Counted from the first letter of the stretch, positions 14,923 to 24,425 are shown. The stretch is DNA of 64,000 nucleotides from Candidatus Woesearchaeota archaeon (GCA_964623495.1 CAZUTV010000002.1:18789-82788); one strand, 5' to 3'. Notes: generated from the letters alone by a model not told the origin. Made by a program: numbers and translations.

Positions 14923-16107
14923 TTAGAACAAATACAATAAAATTGTCGGTAACAACAAACAGCCCATCATATTTGTTCGCTTAACTCCTAGGGTTATACA
15001 ATAGATTCCTGTAAGTGTTGATGCAATTAAAACAATGAATCCGAAAATCCCGGAAAATCCTAAAGTAATTAGTGAAAGGATTATTAAGATTATCTTTGAA
15101 AGCAGAGAATAATTTATTTTATTTATTCTTTTAGAGAAGAATTTTGCAAGGTGTTTTGTTAAGAAATATGAAATTATTCCAGAGATTAAAACAACAATTA
15201 AAATTAAAATAAGGATTTTTGCGGAGGGTTGACCAATTATCTCTTGAATTGCAACAGCCATTCCTGTTCTAGTTTTTGAAATAGTATATAATGCTAGAAA
15301 TGAAAAACCCATGACCAAGGTGTTTGTTGCTCCGAGCAGTATTAGAAATCCTTTTTTATCTGATTTTGAGATTGAATTGCCAAGAATTGCAGCCTGCCCA
15401 CTACCTAAGCCAGGAAGAAATCCGCATAAAGGGCTTGAAATTAAAGAGGCAAGGATTGGCTTTGTCGTTTTTACTTTTATTTCCTTTAGATCTTGTTTTG
15501 GGATTTGGGTTTTTGTTTTTATACTCAGGATTAAACTTGAGGATCCAAACAAGCCTGTTAGAAGAGGAAGTAGAGGTTCTTTTAAATCTAAATTTAAAAC
15601 GCTTAATCCTAAAAAACCCGTGAGGATTACAACCAGAAGAGCCTTAGCTTTGTTTTTTTCTGTGAATACTAAAAATATTACCGCCAGTATAAGAAGAAGA
15701 GGGATTATCTTTTGAATGATGGGATAGATTTCTGAAATTAAAAAAATTAATGGAAAAGAAATCAGCAAAAAAAGTAAAATTGCAATTAAACAGCCTTTTA
15801 TTGAAAGCATTACTGCAGCATAGCCTTTTCCTTCTTTAAGCAGCTCGTGGCCGGGCAAGATACTCAACTCTGTATCGGTGTTTGGGCAACCAAGAAATAT
15901 TGAAGGAATAAAATCCAGGAAAGTATGGGTTATTGCCATTGCAACAATAAAAACAACAAGATATGCTGGCTGGATTTTAGATAAAATAGTTGTGGATAAA
16001 GAAACTAAAAAAGCACCTATAAGATTAATATGTATGCCGGGAAATAAGCCAGAGAAAGTCCCCGCAAAAATACCCAAGATTAGGAATATTATCAATTCTA
16101 TTAGCAT
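14923..16107 (-). CDS. Polytopic membrane protein, DUF112/TctA-like family
   Basis: 394 aa with about 10 or more TM segments. The internal repeat signatures are GLFPGIHINLIG and GFLPGLGSGQAAILG (G-x-x-PG-x-G). Confidence 0.5.
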   Translation of the reverse strand: MLIELIIFLILGIFAGTFSGLFPGIHINLIGAFLVSLSTTILSKIQPAYLVVFIVAMAITHTFLDFIPSIFLGCPNTDTELSILPGHELLKEGKGYAAVMLSIKGCLIAILLFLLISFPLIFLISEIYPIIQKIIPLLLILAVIFLVFTEKNKAKALLVVILTGFLGLSVLNLDLKEPLLPLLTGLFGSSSLILSIKTKTQIPKQDLKEIKVKTTKPILASLISSPLCGFLPGLGSGQAAILGNSISKSDKKGFLILLGATNTLVMGFSFLALYTISKTRTGMAVAIQEIIGQPSAKILILILIVVLISGIISYFLTKHLAKFFSKRINKINYSLLSKIILIILSLITLGFSGIFGFIVLIASTLTGIYCITLGVKRTNMMGCLLLPTILLYLF

Positions 16108-16133
16108 ATAATAAAAAGGTTTAATAATTAATA

Positions 16134-17159
16134 ATGTTTGTTTTGTGGATGGATAAAATTAATCTTGTCACCAGGAATCTGCAAGAGATTATCGGCAAGG
16201 AAGAGCTGCTGAAAAAGCTAAAATCTAACAGCAAGCTTTCCTTTTACTGGGGGACAATGCCTACAGGAAGCGTTTCTTTTGCATATTTCTTTCCTATGAT
16301 GAAGATTGCTGATTTTTTGAGGGCAGGAATTAAGGTCAAGATTTTGCTTGCGGATTTGCATGCGGCCCTTGATAGTGTGCCTTGGGAGATCTTGGATAAA
16401 AGAACAAAGTATTACGAGAGAGCAATAATTCTTATCCTGCAGACATTAAAAGTTGACTTAAAAAAATTAGAATTTGTCAGAGGTAGCCAGATTCAATTAA
16501 ATAAAAATTATCTTAACGATCTTCTTAAGCTGAGCACCCTGACAACAATTAATGAAGCAAAGCACTCTGCTGCAGAGGCGGTGAAGAGCGCAAGCGGCGA
16601 AAATGTAAAACTTTCTGGATTAATATATCCCTTAATGCAGGCCTTGGATGAAGAATACCTTGGGGTTGATGGTCAGTTTGCAGGACTTGATCAGAGAAAG
16701 ATTTTGGTTTATGCTCGAGAGTTTCTCCCCAAAATAGGATATAAACCAAGAATAGAGTTAATGACTCCTATGATAAGGGGGCTTGTTGGGGAAAAGATGA
16801 GTTCCAGCATTGCTTCCTCTAAAATAGATCTTTTAGATGATGAAGAAACTGTAAGAAAGAAGGTGAATAATGCAGATTGTATTGCCGGAAATCTTAATAA
16901 TGGATTGATGGATCTTATGAGATATCTCATTTTTGTTTTGAAGGAAGAGGGAAAAGAAGTTCTGGTTGTTGAAAGATCTACGAAGTATGGGGGAAATTTA
17001 ACTTATAAGAATTATCAGGAACTTGAGAAAGATTTTTTAAATAAAAAATTGCATCCGTTGGATTTGAAAAATACTGTGTCGAGAGAGATAAACATTCTTC
17101 TTAAGAAATTTAGGGAAGATAAACAAATTCATCTTTTGTATAAAGAAGCTTATAAATAA
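16134..17159 (+). CDS. tyrS: Tyrosyl-tRNA synthetase, archaeal type (HIGH motif apparently degenerate)
   Basis: 341 aa. KMSSS (the KMSKS variant typical of archaeal TyrRS) is present, and the C-terminal block LTYKNYQELEKDFLNKKLHPLDLKN closely matches archaeal TyrRS. The position aligned to HLGH reads SVSF. The likely true start is the internal Met (MDKINL...) at 16149. Confidence 0.85.
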   Translation: MFVLWMDKINLVTRNLQEIIGKEELLKKLKSNSKLSFYWGTMPTGSVSFAYFFPMMKIADFLRAGIKVKILLADLHAALDSVPWEILDKRTKYYERAIILILQTLKVDLKKLEFVRGSQIQLNKNYLNDLLKLSTLTTINEAKHSAAEAVKSASGENVKLSGLIYPLMQALDEEYLGVDGQFAGLDQRKILVYAREFLPKIGYKPRIELMTPMIRGLVGEKMSSSIASSKIDLLDDEETVRKKVNNADCIAGNLNNGLMDLMRYLIFVLKEEGKEVLVVERSTKYGGNLTYKNYQELEKDFLNKKLHPLDLKNTVSREINILLKKFREDKQIHLLYKEAYK

Positions 17160-17194
17160 CATAGCTTTTTAAATAATCAAAACTTGTTTTATTT

Positions 17195-17788
17195 ATGGAA
17201 TTGCCAAAGCTATTTGCTGCTCTTGGGATCGCTTTTCTTCTTGTAATGTTTTTAAACGGCGCGTTGTCAACTTTTTATAAGGCTCCTGAATCGGGATATA
17301 CTGATTGCTACGATTCTTATACTGAATGTTATAATCTTACTTATAATTCTCCAGAGTACACTGCTTGTAGGGAAAGAGTTACGCAAGAGAGGGATGAATG
17401 TGTTGAAGAAGCCCTTTCTGGAATGAAGACCTATCAGGTAATTTACTATTCCATCTTAGCACTTTTGGCAATAGGATTATTGGTTTTTGGGTTTGCAACA
17501 ATTCACAATCAAACCGTGGGTAGCGGGTTTATGGGGGCAGGAATTATTCTCTTAATGTTTGCAAGTCTTTTTGCCCTCATTAGCGGATTTACCTCTACGC
17601 TAATGGGCGGGCTTACTGGCATGATCACAGGGTTTGCTGTTTCAAACGGAGGAACCTCCACTTTAACTTATTTGAATTTGGTTTTCTCTTTAATAGGATT
17701 AGTTTTGCTTATTCTATACTCGTATTCTAAGCTAGACAACCCTTCACATATGCATGAGGTTTACGCGCCTCCACAACATCATTATTAG
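17195..17788 (+). CDS. Membrane protein with Cys-rich extracytoplasmic N-terminal segment
   Basis: 197 aa. After a signal/TM it has a Cys-rich stretch (CYDSYTECYNLTYNSPEYTACRERVTQERDEC), then about four Gly-rich TM helices. Confidence 0.5.
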   Translation: MELPKLFAALGIAFLLVMFLNGALSTFYKAPESGYTDCYDSYTECYNLTYNSPEYTACRERVTQERDECVEEALSGMKTYQVIYYSILALLAIGLLVFGFATIHNQTVGSGFMGAGIILLMFASLFALISGFTSTLMGGLTGMITGFAVSNGGTSTLTYLNLVFSLIGLVLLILYSYSKLDNPSHMHEVYAPPQHHY

Positions 17789-17882
17789 ATTATCTTGTTC
17801 TGAAGCGAATGTATCCTACAGTATATATTTGTTTTTAAACAAAAAAGGTTTTGTTTTTTCATGGTGGAATTAGAAGGTTTGT

Positions 17883-18917
17883 ATGTTTCTAATGAAGAAG
17901 TTAGAGAGAGTTTCTGGCCTGTCTGAAAGAATCTTAAACAACCAAGGACAGGTGATTTTGACTTTCAGAAGACTAGGCTTAGGAGCAGATTCTGACTCTG
18001 AAGGGTTAATTCCCCCAGAGAGTTATCATGGAGATTATTTTGAAACAGGAACTATTAATGGAGAGTTAACAAAGAAAGATTCTGGCGGAAGTGCCGAGTT
18101 CTGGGTCCATAATAGAAATTTTCCTCTGTCTTATTTTTTCTCCAGCGATTTAGCTGTCCCTGTAAAAAACAAGCTTGTTTGGAGTGCTTCTGGAAGCGAG
18201 ATCCAAAGAGCAAGGATACCTTTTCCTCCCGGGCATTTAACAGAGGCTAAAGAGGGAGACATTCAAATTAGCAGTTATGAATTTTTGAAAAGTAGCCAAC
18301 TATTCAATGAATTATACCATCCACAACCCCCTAACCTTAAAAGGCTTGAAGTTTTAATAGGAGACGATGAAATAAAGGGTTTTGTTCAACCTTTTTTAGA
18401 TGGCCATCGTGTTACAGAAGAAAGCATTGCAGATTTCTTATATTTAATGAAAACTCCTGGGGAAATTGAAAGAAGAGTTGAAGCCTCTTATGTTAAAGAA
18501 AGAGGGAAACTTGCTGAAGAGTTAGTTAGGCATGTTTCTCATTTAAATAACCTGTATGATAGGATTTCGGGAATGGAGGAGAGAGTTTTAAAGTTGCATA
18601 GAGAAAGATATTATGAGGGAATGGAGGATATGCATTCTTGGCCTGTGTGGAGCGATGCTAGTTTAGTTGAATCTTATTCTGGGTTAAGGGCGAGTGCTAA
18701 TGGGTGTATGGGGAATATAAATGGATTATTGAAAAGAGGAGAGGTAATTGGTTTCGTTAAGCATTCCTTCATAAAAGGAACTGGAATCGGATTTCCCGGT
18801 GAGGTTAAAACTCAAGATTATTTGAAGTATGTTAATGGAGATTTAATGCCTTCTGTCCAATCTATTCTAGAAAAGTTAGACGGTCATCTAAGGGAAGCTC
18901 AGAAAGTTGAGGTTTAA
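17883..18917 (+). CDS. Hypothetical protein (composition atypical for this genome)
   Basis: 344 aa. Gly/Ser/Glu/Leu-rich and comparatively poor in Lys/Ile, with somewhat higher GC at DNA level. No motif recognised. Confidence 0.5.
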   Translation: MFLMKKLERVSGLSERILNNQGQVILTFRRLGLGADSDSEGLIPPESYHGDYFETGTINGELTKKDSGGSAEFWVHNRNFPLSYFFSSDLAVPVKNKLVWSASGSEIQRARIPFPPGHLTEAKEGDIQISSYEFLKSSQLFNELYHPQPPNLKRLEVLIGDDEIKGFVQPFLDGHRVTEESIADFLYLMKTPGEIERRVEASYVKERGKLAEELVRHVSHLNNLYDRISGMEERVLKLHRERYYEGMEDMHSWPVWSDASLVESYSGLRASANGCMGNINGLLKRGEVIGFVKHSFIKGTGIGFPGEVKTQDYLKYVNGDLMPSVQSILEKLDGHLREAQKVEV

Positions 18918-18995
18918 ACTAAGAAAGAGTTTTAATTAATTTAATTAACCCCTACGTTCTATTATTCATATAATCATTAAGCTAAGAAATATATC

Positions 18996-19907
18996 CTATC
19001 TCATTTTAAACTCCACAACATCCAAGTCTTTAAGTTGGTGTTTTAAACCAACAATCTGGCCCGGAAATTTAGATGAAGGGCCCCAGATTTTTGTTTCTTT
19101 TATTTGCTTGCTAAAACCGTGGAAGATTTTTTCAGCAATAGTTTCTATTGTGGGGTTTTTTTCTAGGATAAAAGGTCTTTGTGATTTTTCTTTTCCAGGC
19201 TCTTTAGTATAAACTCTTATTTTATTGAAGCTTTGAAAGATCTTTTCTTTGAGAATCTCGAGATTTTCTGTTTCTTGTTTTTCTAAATTAATCACGACAA
19301 AGTTGTATTTCTTGGATTTAAGGGTTGATTCGATTTTTCTTCTGTCTTTTTCTTGGTCTTCTGTTATGTTTAGGACAATTATTCTTGGCTTGCTTGGGAG
19401 CCGTTTTTCAATTTCTTTTAAATGATTTATTGCTTTAACTAGGATGATAAGTGTGTCTGAGGTGTAAACCGTGCTTTTGTCAAAATATTCTGACTCTATG
19501 GCTGGAATTTCAATTATCTGGATTTGGGTTCCAGTATAGTGCATCATTCCTATTATTGGAAATTTAGTTACAAAAGAGTAAGGGGCTATCTCTGGGTGAG
19601 TGTTTGTAAGCAGGGAAAGAAGCGTTGACTTTCCTGAGTTTGTGAAACCGACAATAACTGCCTGCATCTCTTCTTTTTTAACCCCTGGCTTCTTGGATCC
19701 TTTGGCTGTCTTTTTTACACTTTCTATTTTTTCTTTTAATTTTATATACCTTGTTTTTAGATTAGCAAGCATTTTTTCAGAACTTTTGTGCTTGGGGCAT
19801 TCTCTAATCATTTCTTCGAGATACTTCAATTTTTCCTCATTTGTTTTGGCCTGCAAAAATTTCAGCTCTGCCTGCTTGTAAAATGGGGATTGGTTTGTCG
19901 ATGCCAT
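18996..19907 (-). CDS. P-loop GTPase, Obg/DRG-like (divergent G3/G4 motifs)
   Basis: 303 aa. G1 is GFTNSGKST, the G2 region is PYSFVTKFP, G3 is EIPA instead of DxxG, and G4 is weak. There is a K-rich helical N-terminal extension. Confidence 0.5.
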   Translation of the reverse strand: MASTNQSPFYKQAELKFLQAKTNEEKLKYLEEMIRECPKHKSSEKMLANLKTRYIKLKEKIESVKKTAKGSKKPGVKKEEMQAVIVGFTNSGKSTLLSLLTNTHPEIAPYSFVTKFPIIGMMHYTGTQIQIIEIPAIESEYFDKSTVYTSDTLIILVKAINHLKEIEKRLPSKPRIIVLNITEDQEKDRRKIESTLKSKKYNFVVINLEKQETENLEILKEKIFQSFNKIRVYTKEPGKEKSQRPFILEKNPTIETIAEKIFHGFSKQIKETKIWGPSSKFPGQIVGLKHQLKDLDVVEFKMR

Positions 19908-19908
19908 A

Positions 19909-20808
19909 TTATATGAACTTGTTCAATACTTTTATATATTCTTTATTTAAGCCACCAAATCTGAAAATTATTACTTTATTGAAACCCATACTTTTACAGA
20001 AGCTTAAATCTCTTTCAAGATTTGCTGGGGATAGTATTTTTTCATTTCCTTTTATTCCTGTATCAATAGTTCCCAAACCAACAGCATAGCTTTCCTTATT
20101 CTTCAGTATTGCTAGATTTTTCTTTGTTCTTTTGACTAACCATTTAGGCATCATACTTGTGTAAAACATTGGATTTTTTTCATAGGCAATATTGTAAGAT
20201 AATCCTAGAAGTTCCATAATTTTAAAAGAGGGTATTGAGACTTGCATAGGGACAGTTATTCTGTTCTTGTTTTCTTCAAGAAATTTCTTTATGGGTTTTT
20301 TGTTTTTTCTGAATGAAAAAAGGTTTTTTAGAATCATTGATTTTTTTAAAGGGATTTCCATGTCAATTAACAAAGGATTTTTTATTTGACCTAATATTTT
20401 AAAGGATTCAATCAGGTTTTTGGTATTAGAAAAAGGGCTAATGTAATATGAATCTTTTATTATTGGCCAATAGGCTACTACACAATTCTTTTTTATTTTT
20501 CCAACCAACACCCTTGTTTTTCTAAAATCTTTTATTGATTTTGCTGCTATGAAAAGTTTTGTTGGGAAACTTATTAGTTTTAGTTTTTCTAGGTTATTTT
20601 TAGTGGGGAATTCTTCGTAAAATTCTATTTGCATATACCTTTTAAACATATTAAACTTAAAAAGATAATGGAACGAGATGAGCTTATTGCCAAAATCATG
20701 GAGAAAAAGGAATTTAGCCAACTTCCTTTGAAAGATGTTGAGCTGGCTTTGGAGAAGTTTGACAAGCCAAGAAATGCAGATTATCAAAAAATAAAGCCGA
20801 CAAGACAA
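19909..20808 (-). CDS. Hypothetical protein
   Basis: 299-aa ORF. Its 5' end overlaps the divergent methyltransferase gene, so the true start may be an internal Met at about 20649 or 20634. No motif recognised. Confidence 0.4.
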   Translation of the reverse strand: MSCRLYFLIICISWLVKLLQSQLNIFQRKLAKFLFLHDFGNKLISFHYLFKFNMFKRYMQIEFYEEFPTKNNLEKLKLISFPTKLFIAAKSIKDFRKTRVLVGKIKKNCVVAYWPIIKDSYYISPFSNTKNLIESFKILGQIKNPLLIDMEIPLKKSMILKNLFSFRKNKKPIKKFLEENKNRITVPMQVSIPSFKIMELLGLSYNIAYEKNPMFYTSMMPKWLVKRTKKNLAILKNKESYAVGLGTIDTGIKGNEKILSPANLERDLSFCKSMGFNKVIIFRFGGLNKEYIKVLNKFI

Positions 20809-21483
20809 TTTTTAAGGAAGATTTTTTCTGGATTTTCTTCTAGAAAGGTTTTACATAAAAGAGATGAGAGCGTAGAATGGTTTTTAATGAAACATAAGTC
20901 AACTAAAGAAAGATTCCCCTATTATGAAGAAGTTTATTCAAGGTGCTTTAAGGGCTTTCCAGAAAAATTAAGCGTTATTGATTTAGGGGCAGGAATTAAT
21001 GGATTAAGCTACGGATTTTTCGAAAAGCTTGGCAAAAAAGTGGATTATATTGGAATAGAAGCAGTGGGTCAGTTTGTTGAGCTTATGAATTTTTATTTTG
21101 AAAAAGAGAAGTTAAATGGAAGATTTACGCAGGCTCAGTCTGGCTCGCCCAAGCTTGGTCAAGCCAAGGCAATTCATGAGAGTTTGTTTAATCTTGACAA
21201 AGCAAAAGAAATTATCAATGGAGCAAAAAGACCAAGAATTGTATTTTTGTTTAAAGTTGTAGACTCTTTGGAGGTGGTGAAGAGAGATTATTCTAAAGAT
21301 CTATTGCAGGAGATTGTTCCTTTAGTCGATAGGGTTGTTGTTAGTTTTGCAACGCATAGTCTTGGCGCCAGAAAAAAATTTTCTGTGCAAAGAGGTTGGA
21401 TTGTTAATTTTATCAAAGAAAGATTTAAAATCCTTGATGATTTTGAGCTCGGAGGAGAACGGTATTTGATCTTTGAGAAATGA
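20668..21483 (+). CDS. Putative 16S rRNA (guanine-N7) methyltransferase of the FmrO/ArmA/Rmt (aminoglycoside-resistance methyltransferase) family
   Basis: From the Met at 20668 (MERDELIAKIMEKK...). Blocks HKSTKERFPYYEEVYSRCF, SVIDLGAGINGLSYG (SAM motif I), RIVFLFKVVDSLEV, VVSFATHSLGARKK and WIVNFIKERFKILDDFELGGERYLIFEK align colinearly with my recollection of ArmA (HSSTNER..., ILDFGCGFNPLALY, VVFLLKMLPVL, VISFPIKSLSGKEKG, ...KILDSKVIGNELVYITSGFQK). Confidence 0.55.
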   Translation: MERDELIAKIMEKKEFSQLPLKDVELALEKFDKPRNADYQKIKPTRQFLRKIFSGFSSRKVLHKRDESVEWFLMKHKSTKERFPYYEEVYSRCFKGFPEKLSVIDLGAGINGLSYGFFEKLGKKVDYIGIEAVGQFVELMNFYFEKEKLNGRFTQAQSGSPKLGQAKAIHESLFNLDKAKEIINGAKRPRIVFLFKVVDSLEVVKRDYSKDLLQEIVPLVDRVVVSFATHSLGARKKFSVQRGWIVNFIKERFKILDDFELGGERYLIFEK

Positions 21484-22679
21484 AGCCAAAATTTTACAGA
21501 AAAATTCTAAAGAATGGCATGACTTTGGTATTTGAAAAAAGAGAGGTGCCTGTTGTCAGTGTAGCTATCGCTGTTAGGTGCGGGGGAATTAATGAGGATT
21601 TGAATGAAAAAGGAATAAGCCATTATATTGAGCACATGCTATATAAAGGAACTCCGACAAGAAATGCAAAAAAAATTGCAGAAGAAATCGAAAGGAATGG
21701 CGGAGTTTTGAACGGCTTTACTGATGAAAATATTACTGCTTACTGGTGCAAGATGCCAAGCAAGCATTTGAAGATTGCCTTAGAAGTTCTTTCAGATATG
21801 GTTAAAAATCCTTTATTTGAACAAAAAGAGCTGGATAAGGAAAGGAAAGTTATTTTTGAAGAAATAAAAATGAGAAGGGATAATCCAAGGATTTATGTGC
21901 TAGACTCGATAAAGAGCTTTTTGTATGAAGAACCGTTTTCCTCTAATTTGATAGGGACAGAGAAAACGATGAATTCCATTACTAGAGAAAAAATACTCCA
22001 AAGGTTCAAGGAAGTATATACTCCTGGTAATATGGTCTTGTGTGTTGTGGGAAATGCCGACTTTAAGGAAATTGAGAGATTTGCGGAAAAAACATTTAAG
22101 AAAACCAATGGGGGCGTGAAAAACTTTGAAATAAAGACGAGAAATCATTCTGAAGTCGAGTCTAGAAAAGGGCTTGACCAGGCTAATTTTGTTTTTGCCT
22201 ATCATGCCCCATTAACTAATGAAATGGACAATTCTGCTGCAGAGGTTTTAAATGCGATTCTTGCTCACGGAATGTCTTCAAGACTTTTTCACGAAATCAG
22301 AGAGAAGAGAAATCTTGCATATAGCGTTTCTGGTGATTCCCAAATGACCAAGGATTTTGCATATAGCTTAATTTATGTTGGAACTTCTAAGGAAAATATA
22401 GAGAAAGTCAAGGAGCTTATACTTAAGGAATTTGAAAAAGTTTCTAAAGAACTTGACGAAAAAGAGCTTAGCGAGGTTAAGGAGCAGTTAATAGGCAACC
22501 ACCACATTTCTATGGAGGATTCCACAAACCAGATGGTCAGCCTTCTTGGGTATGAAATGAACGGAAATGCTAAAGAGTTTTATGAATATGAAAAGAGAAT
22601 TAAAGGCGTAAAGATTTCTGACGTGAAAAGACTTTCAAGGCTTGGAAGCTACAGTTTTTTTGCTTTGGTGCCAGAGTGA
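21480..22679 (+). CDS. M16-family zinc metallopeptidase (insulinase/pitrilysin-like)
   Basis: 399 aa. The inverted zinc motif HxxEH is HYIEHM, with the downstream Glu-containing region. The start overlaps the upstream stop. Confidence 0.8.
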   Translation: MKPKFYRKILKNGMTLVFEKREVPVVSVAIAVRCGGINEDLNEKGISHYIEHMLYKGTPTRNAKKIAEEIERNGGVLNGFTDENITAYWCKMPSKHLKIALEVLSDMVKNPLFEQKELDKERKVIFEEIKMRRDNPRIYVLDSIKSFLYEEPFSSNLIGTEKTMNSITREKILQRFKEVYTPGNMVLCVVGNADFKEIERFAEKTFKKTNGGVKNFEIKTRNHSEVESRKGLDQANFVFAYHAPLTNEMDNSAAEVLNAILAHGMSSRLFHEIREKRNLAYSVSGDSQMTKDFAYSLIYVGTSKENIEKVKELILKEFEKVSKELDEKELSEVKEQLIGNHHISMEDSTNQMVSLLGYEMNGNAKEFYEYEKRIKGVKISDVKRLSRLGSYSFFALVPE

Positions 22680-22730
22680 AACTAGTTTTCAAAAAAAAAC
22701 ATTTATAAATACGGGTAGTTTAGAACAGGC

Positions 22731-24236
22731 ATGGGAAAGAGGGTGTGGCTCTGGATTGGCGGAGCAATTTTGGTTTTATTATTCTTTGTTGCGGCTTTTA
22801 GCGATTATTCAAGTACCGGTTTTGCAATTGCGACAAACAATTCCAGCGATTTAACTCCTCCGACATTATACATTACTAGCTCTTATGTTGATTCTTACAA
22901 TGTCGTTAAGATTTATGGGGTTGCTTATGACGCTGAAAGCAAGGTTAATAATATTCAGATTGCTGGGCCAATAGAGTATACTGGGCTGCAGAGGGCTTCT
23001 TTATACTGCTATCTTAATAATTGCTCGTTCTTTTTGAACTTTAGTTTTAATCCTTCTATAGATGTTTATGGGGATACTTATCGGGTTTATGCTGGTAGCA
23101 ATGGGGGGACCGCAAGCAAAGATATTGTTTTGAAGTTTAGCGGAGAGTGTATCCCTGATCCTATTGGTGTGACCTGTGCAGGATTTGAGTGTGGCACTAG
23201 AATAAACAACTGCGGTCAAAATGTAAATTGCGGAACTTGTCCTAATGGAGAAACATGCAGTGCTGGGCAATGTGTTAGCAATCTTTATAACAGAAGTTAT
23301 TCTACAGAATTAATCTCGGCTACAGATCTTTCTGCAATGCTCAAGGTCAGAGATAACATAAATGGGATTAACAATACCGGGGAGATATCTGAAGGAAGTT
23401 CTAATTATATTTTGGGTTTGCTAATTAATGTAATGGATGCTGATGAAACCCCTACATCTGAATCTGCTAAGATAAGGTATAAGGCCCTAAATTTAAGCAC
23501 GGGCGGTTTTTTCCCCCAATTTAGTCCTTCAATTGAATTTAAGTTTGTTAACTCTATACATGGATTAGATTATGTTGTTGAGTTAGTTTCTGCTACAGAC
23601 ACTTCTGCCCTTATAAAAATAACCTCTGGTTCTGGGACCGGGGAGATGGCTAACCTTTTAGAGGGAGAGGCTAAGATTATTACCGGACTTACTGTGAGAT
23701 TAAATTCTGCTGATGAGACTACTTCTTATGGTTTTGCTAACCTGGATGTTGAAGCCTTCACTTTGGAGATTTCTTCTAATCAAGCATGCACGGATGAATG
23801 TGTCCAGGTGGGATTATTGATGTGCTATGAGGATACAGGATACTTGCAAACATGTGGCAATTACGATTCAGACAGCTGCTTGGAGTGGGGGGCTGGGACT
23901 TATTGCCCATATGGCTGCGATATCTATGGCTGCAAAAGCCAACAGTCTTTTTGTGTAGATTCTGATAAAAATGCCCAGTATCCTGATGGAAAGAACTATT
24001 ACGCTCTTGGAACAGTAACAACGCAGCTTGGAAATTTCACAGATTATTGCAATACTACTGGAACTACTTGGCTCAATGAGTATTACTGTTCTGGAAATAC
24101 TTCTGCTATCTCTGGCTATAATTGTCCTTATGGATGCAATGCAGGGGTTTGCAAGCAAGCGCCTAAGCAAATTAAAAGATGCAAGGGATTACAGTGTGTT
24201 AGCAGATTCTTTACTGATTTATTTAGATCAAACTAA
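22731..24236 (+). CDS. Secreted/surface Cys-rich protein with N-terminal signal anchor
   Basis: 501 aa. The N-terminal hydrophobic helix is VWLWIGGAILVLLFFVAAF. Cys-rich modules include TCAGFECGTRINNCGQNVNCGTCPNGETCSAGQCV and a C-terminal CxxYGC cluster. Confidence 0.55.
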   Translation: MGKRVWLWIGGAILVLLFFVAAFSDYSSTGFAIATNNSSDLTPPTLYITSSYVDSYNVVKIYGVAYDAESKVNNIQIAGPIEYTGLQRASLYCYLNNCSFFLNFSFNPSIDVYGDTYRVYAGSNGGTASKDIVLKFSGECIPDPIGVTCAGFECGTRINNCGQNVNCGTCPNGETCSAGQCVSNLYNRSYSTELISATDLSAMLKVRDNINGINNTGEISEGSSNYILGLLINVMDADETPTSESAKIRYKALNLSTGGFFPQFSPSIEFKFVNSIHGLDYVVELVSATDTSALIKITSGSGTGEMANLLEGEAKIITGLTVRLNSADETTSYGFANLDVEAFTLEISSNQACTDECVQVGLLMCYEDTGYLQTCGNYDSDSCLEWGAGTYCPYGCDIYGCKSQQSFCVDSDKNAQYPDGKNYYALGTVTTQLGNFTDYCNTTGTTWLNEYYCSGNTSAISGYNCPYGCNAGVCKQAPKQIKRCKGLQCVSRFFTDLFRSN

Positions 24237-24242
24237 ATAGAA

Positions 24243-24392
24243 TTATTTTTCAATAATTTTGATTATACCTATTACGAAGAAACATAAGACTATCAACCAT
24301 TCTTTAATCCCATCAATGAAAGTTAGCTTTAACAAAGGAATTAAGTAAATTACTCCTAAGATTATAAATATCCAGCCGATTAATTTATTCAT
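24243..24392 (-). CDS. Very small two-TM membrane protein (49 aa), hypothetical
   Basis: Reverse-strand ORF MNKLIGWIFIILGVIYLIPLLKLTFIDGIKEWLIVLCFFVIGIIKIIEK, not in the ORF track because it is below threshold. It lies in an otherwise unexplained 190-nt gap. Confidence 0.25.
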   Translation of the reverse strand: MNKLIGWIFIILGVIYLIPLLKLTFIDGIKEWLIVLCFFVIGIIKIIEK

Positions 24393-24425
24393 TTTACTCT
24401 TAAGGGAAAGTGTTTTAAATAGTTT

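Noticed and set aside
18996-19907. Naming the GTPase as a specific ortholog (Obg, DRG, Nog1)
   Set aside because: The G1 and G2 motifs fit the Obg/DRG class, but G3 (EIPA) and G4 are degenerate and the N-terminal extension is unassignable by eye, so it is left at family level.
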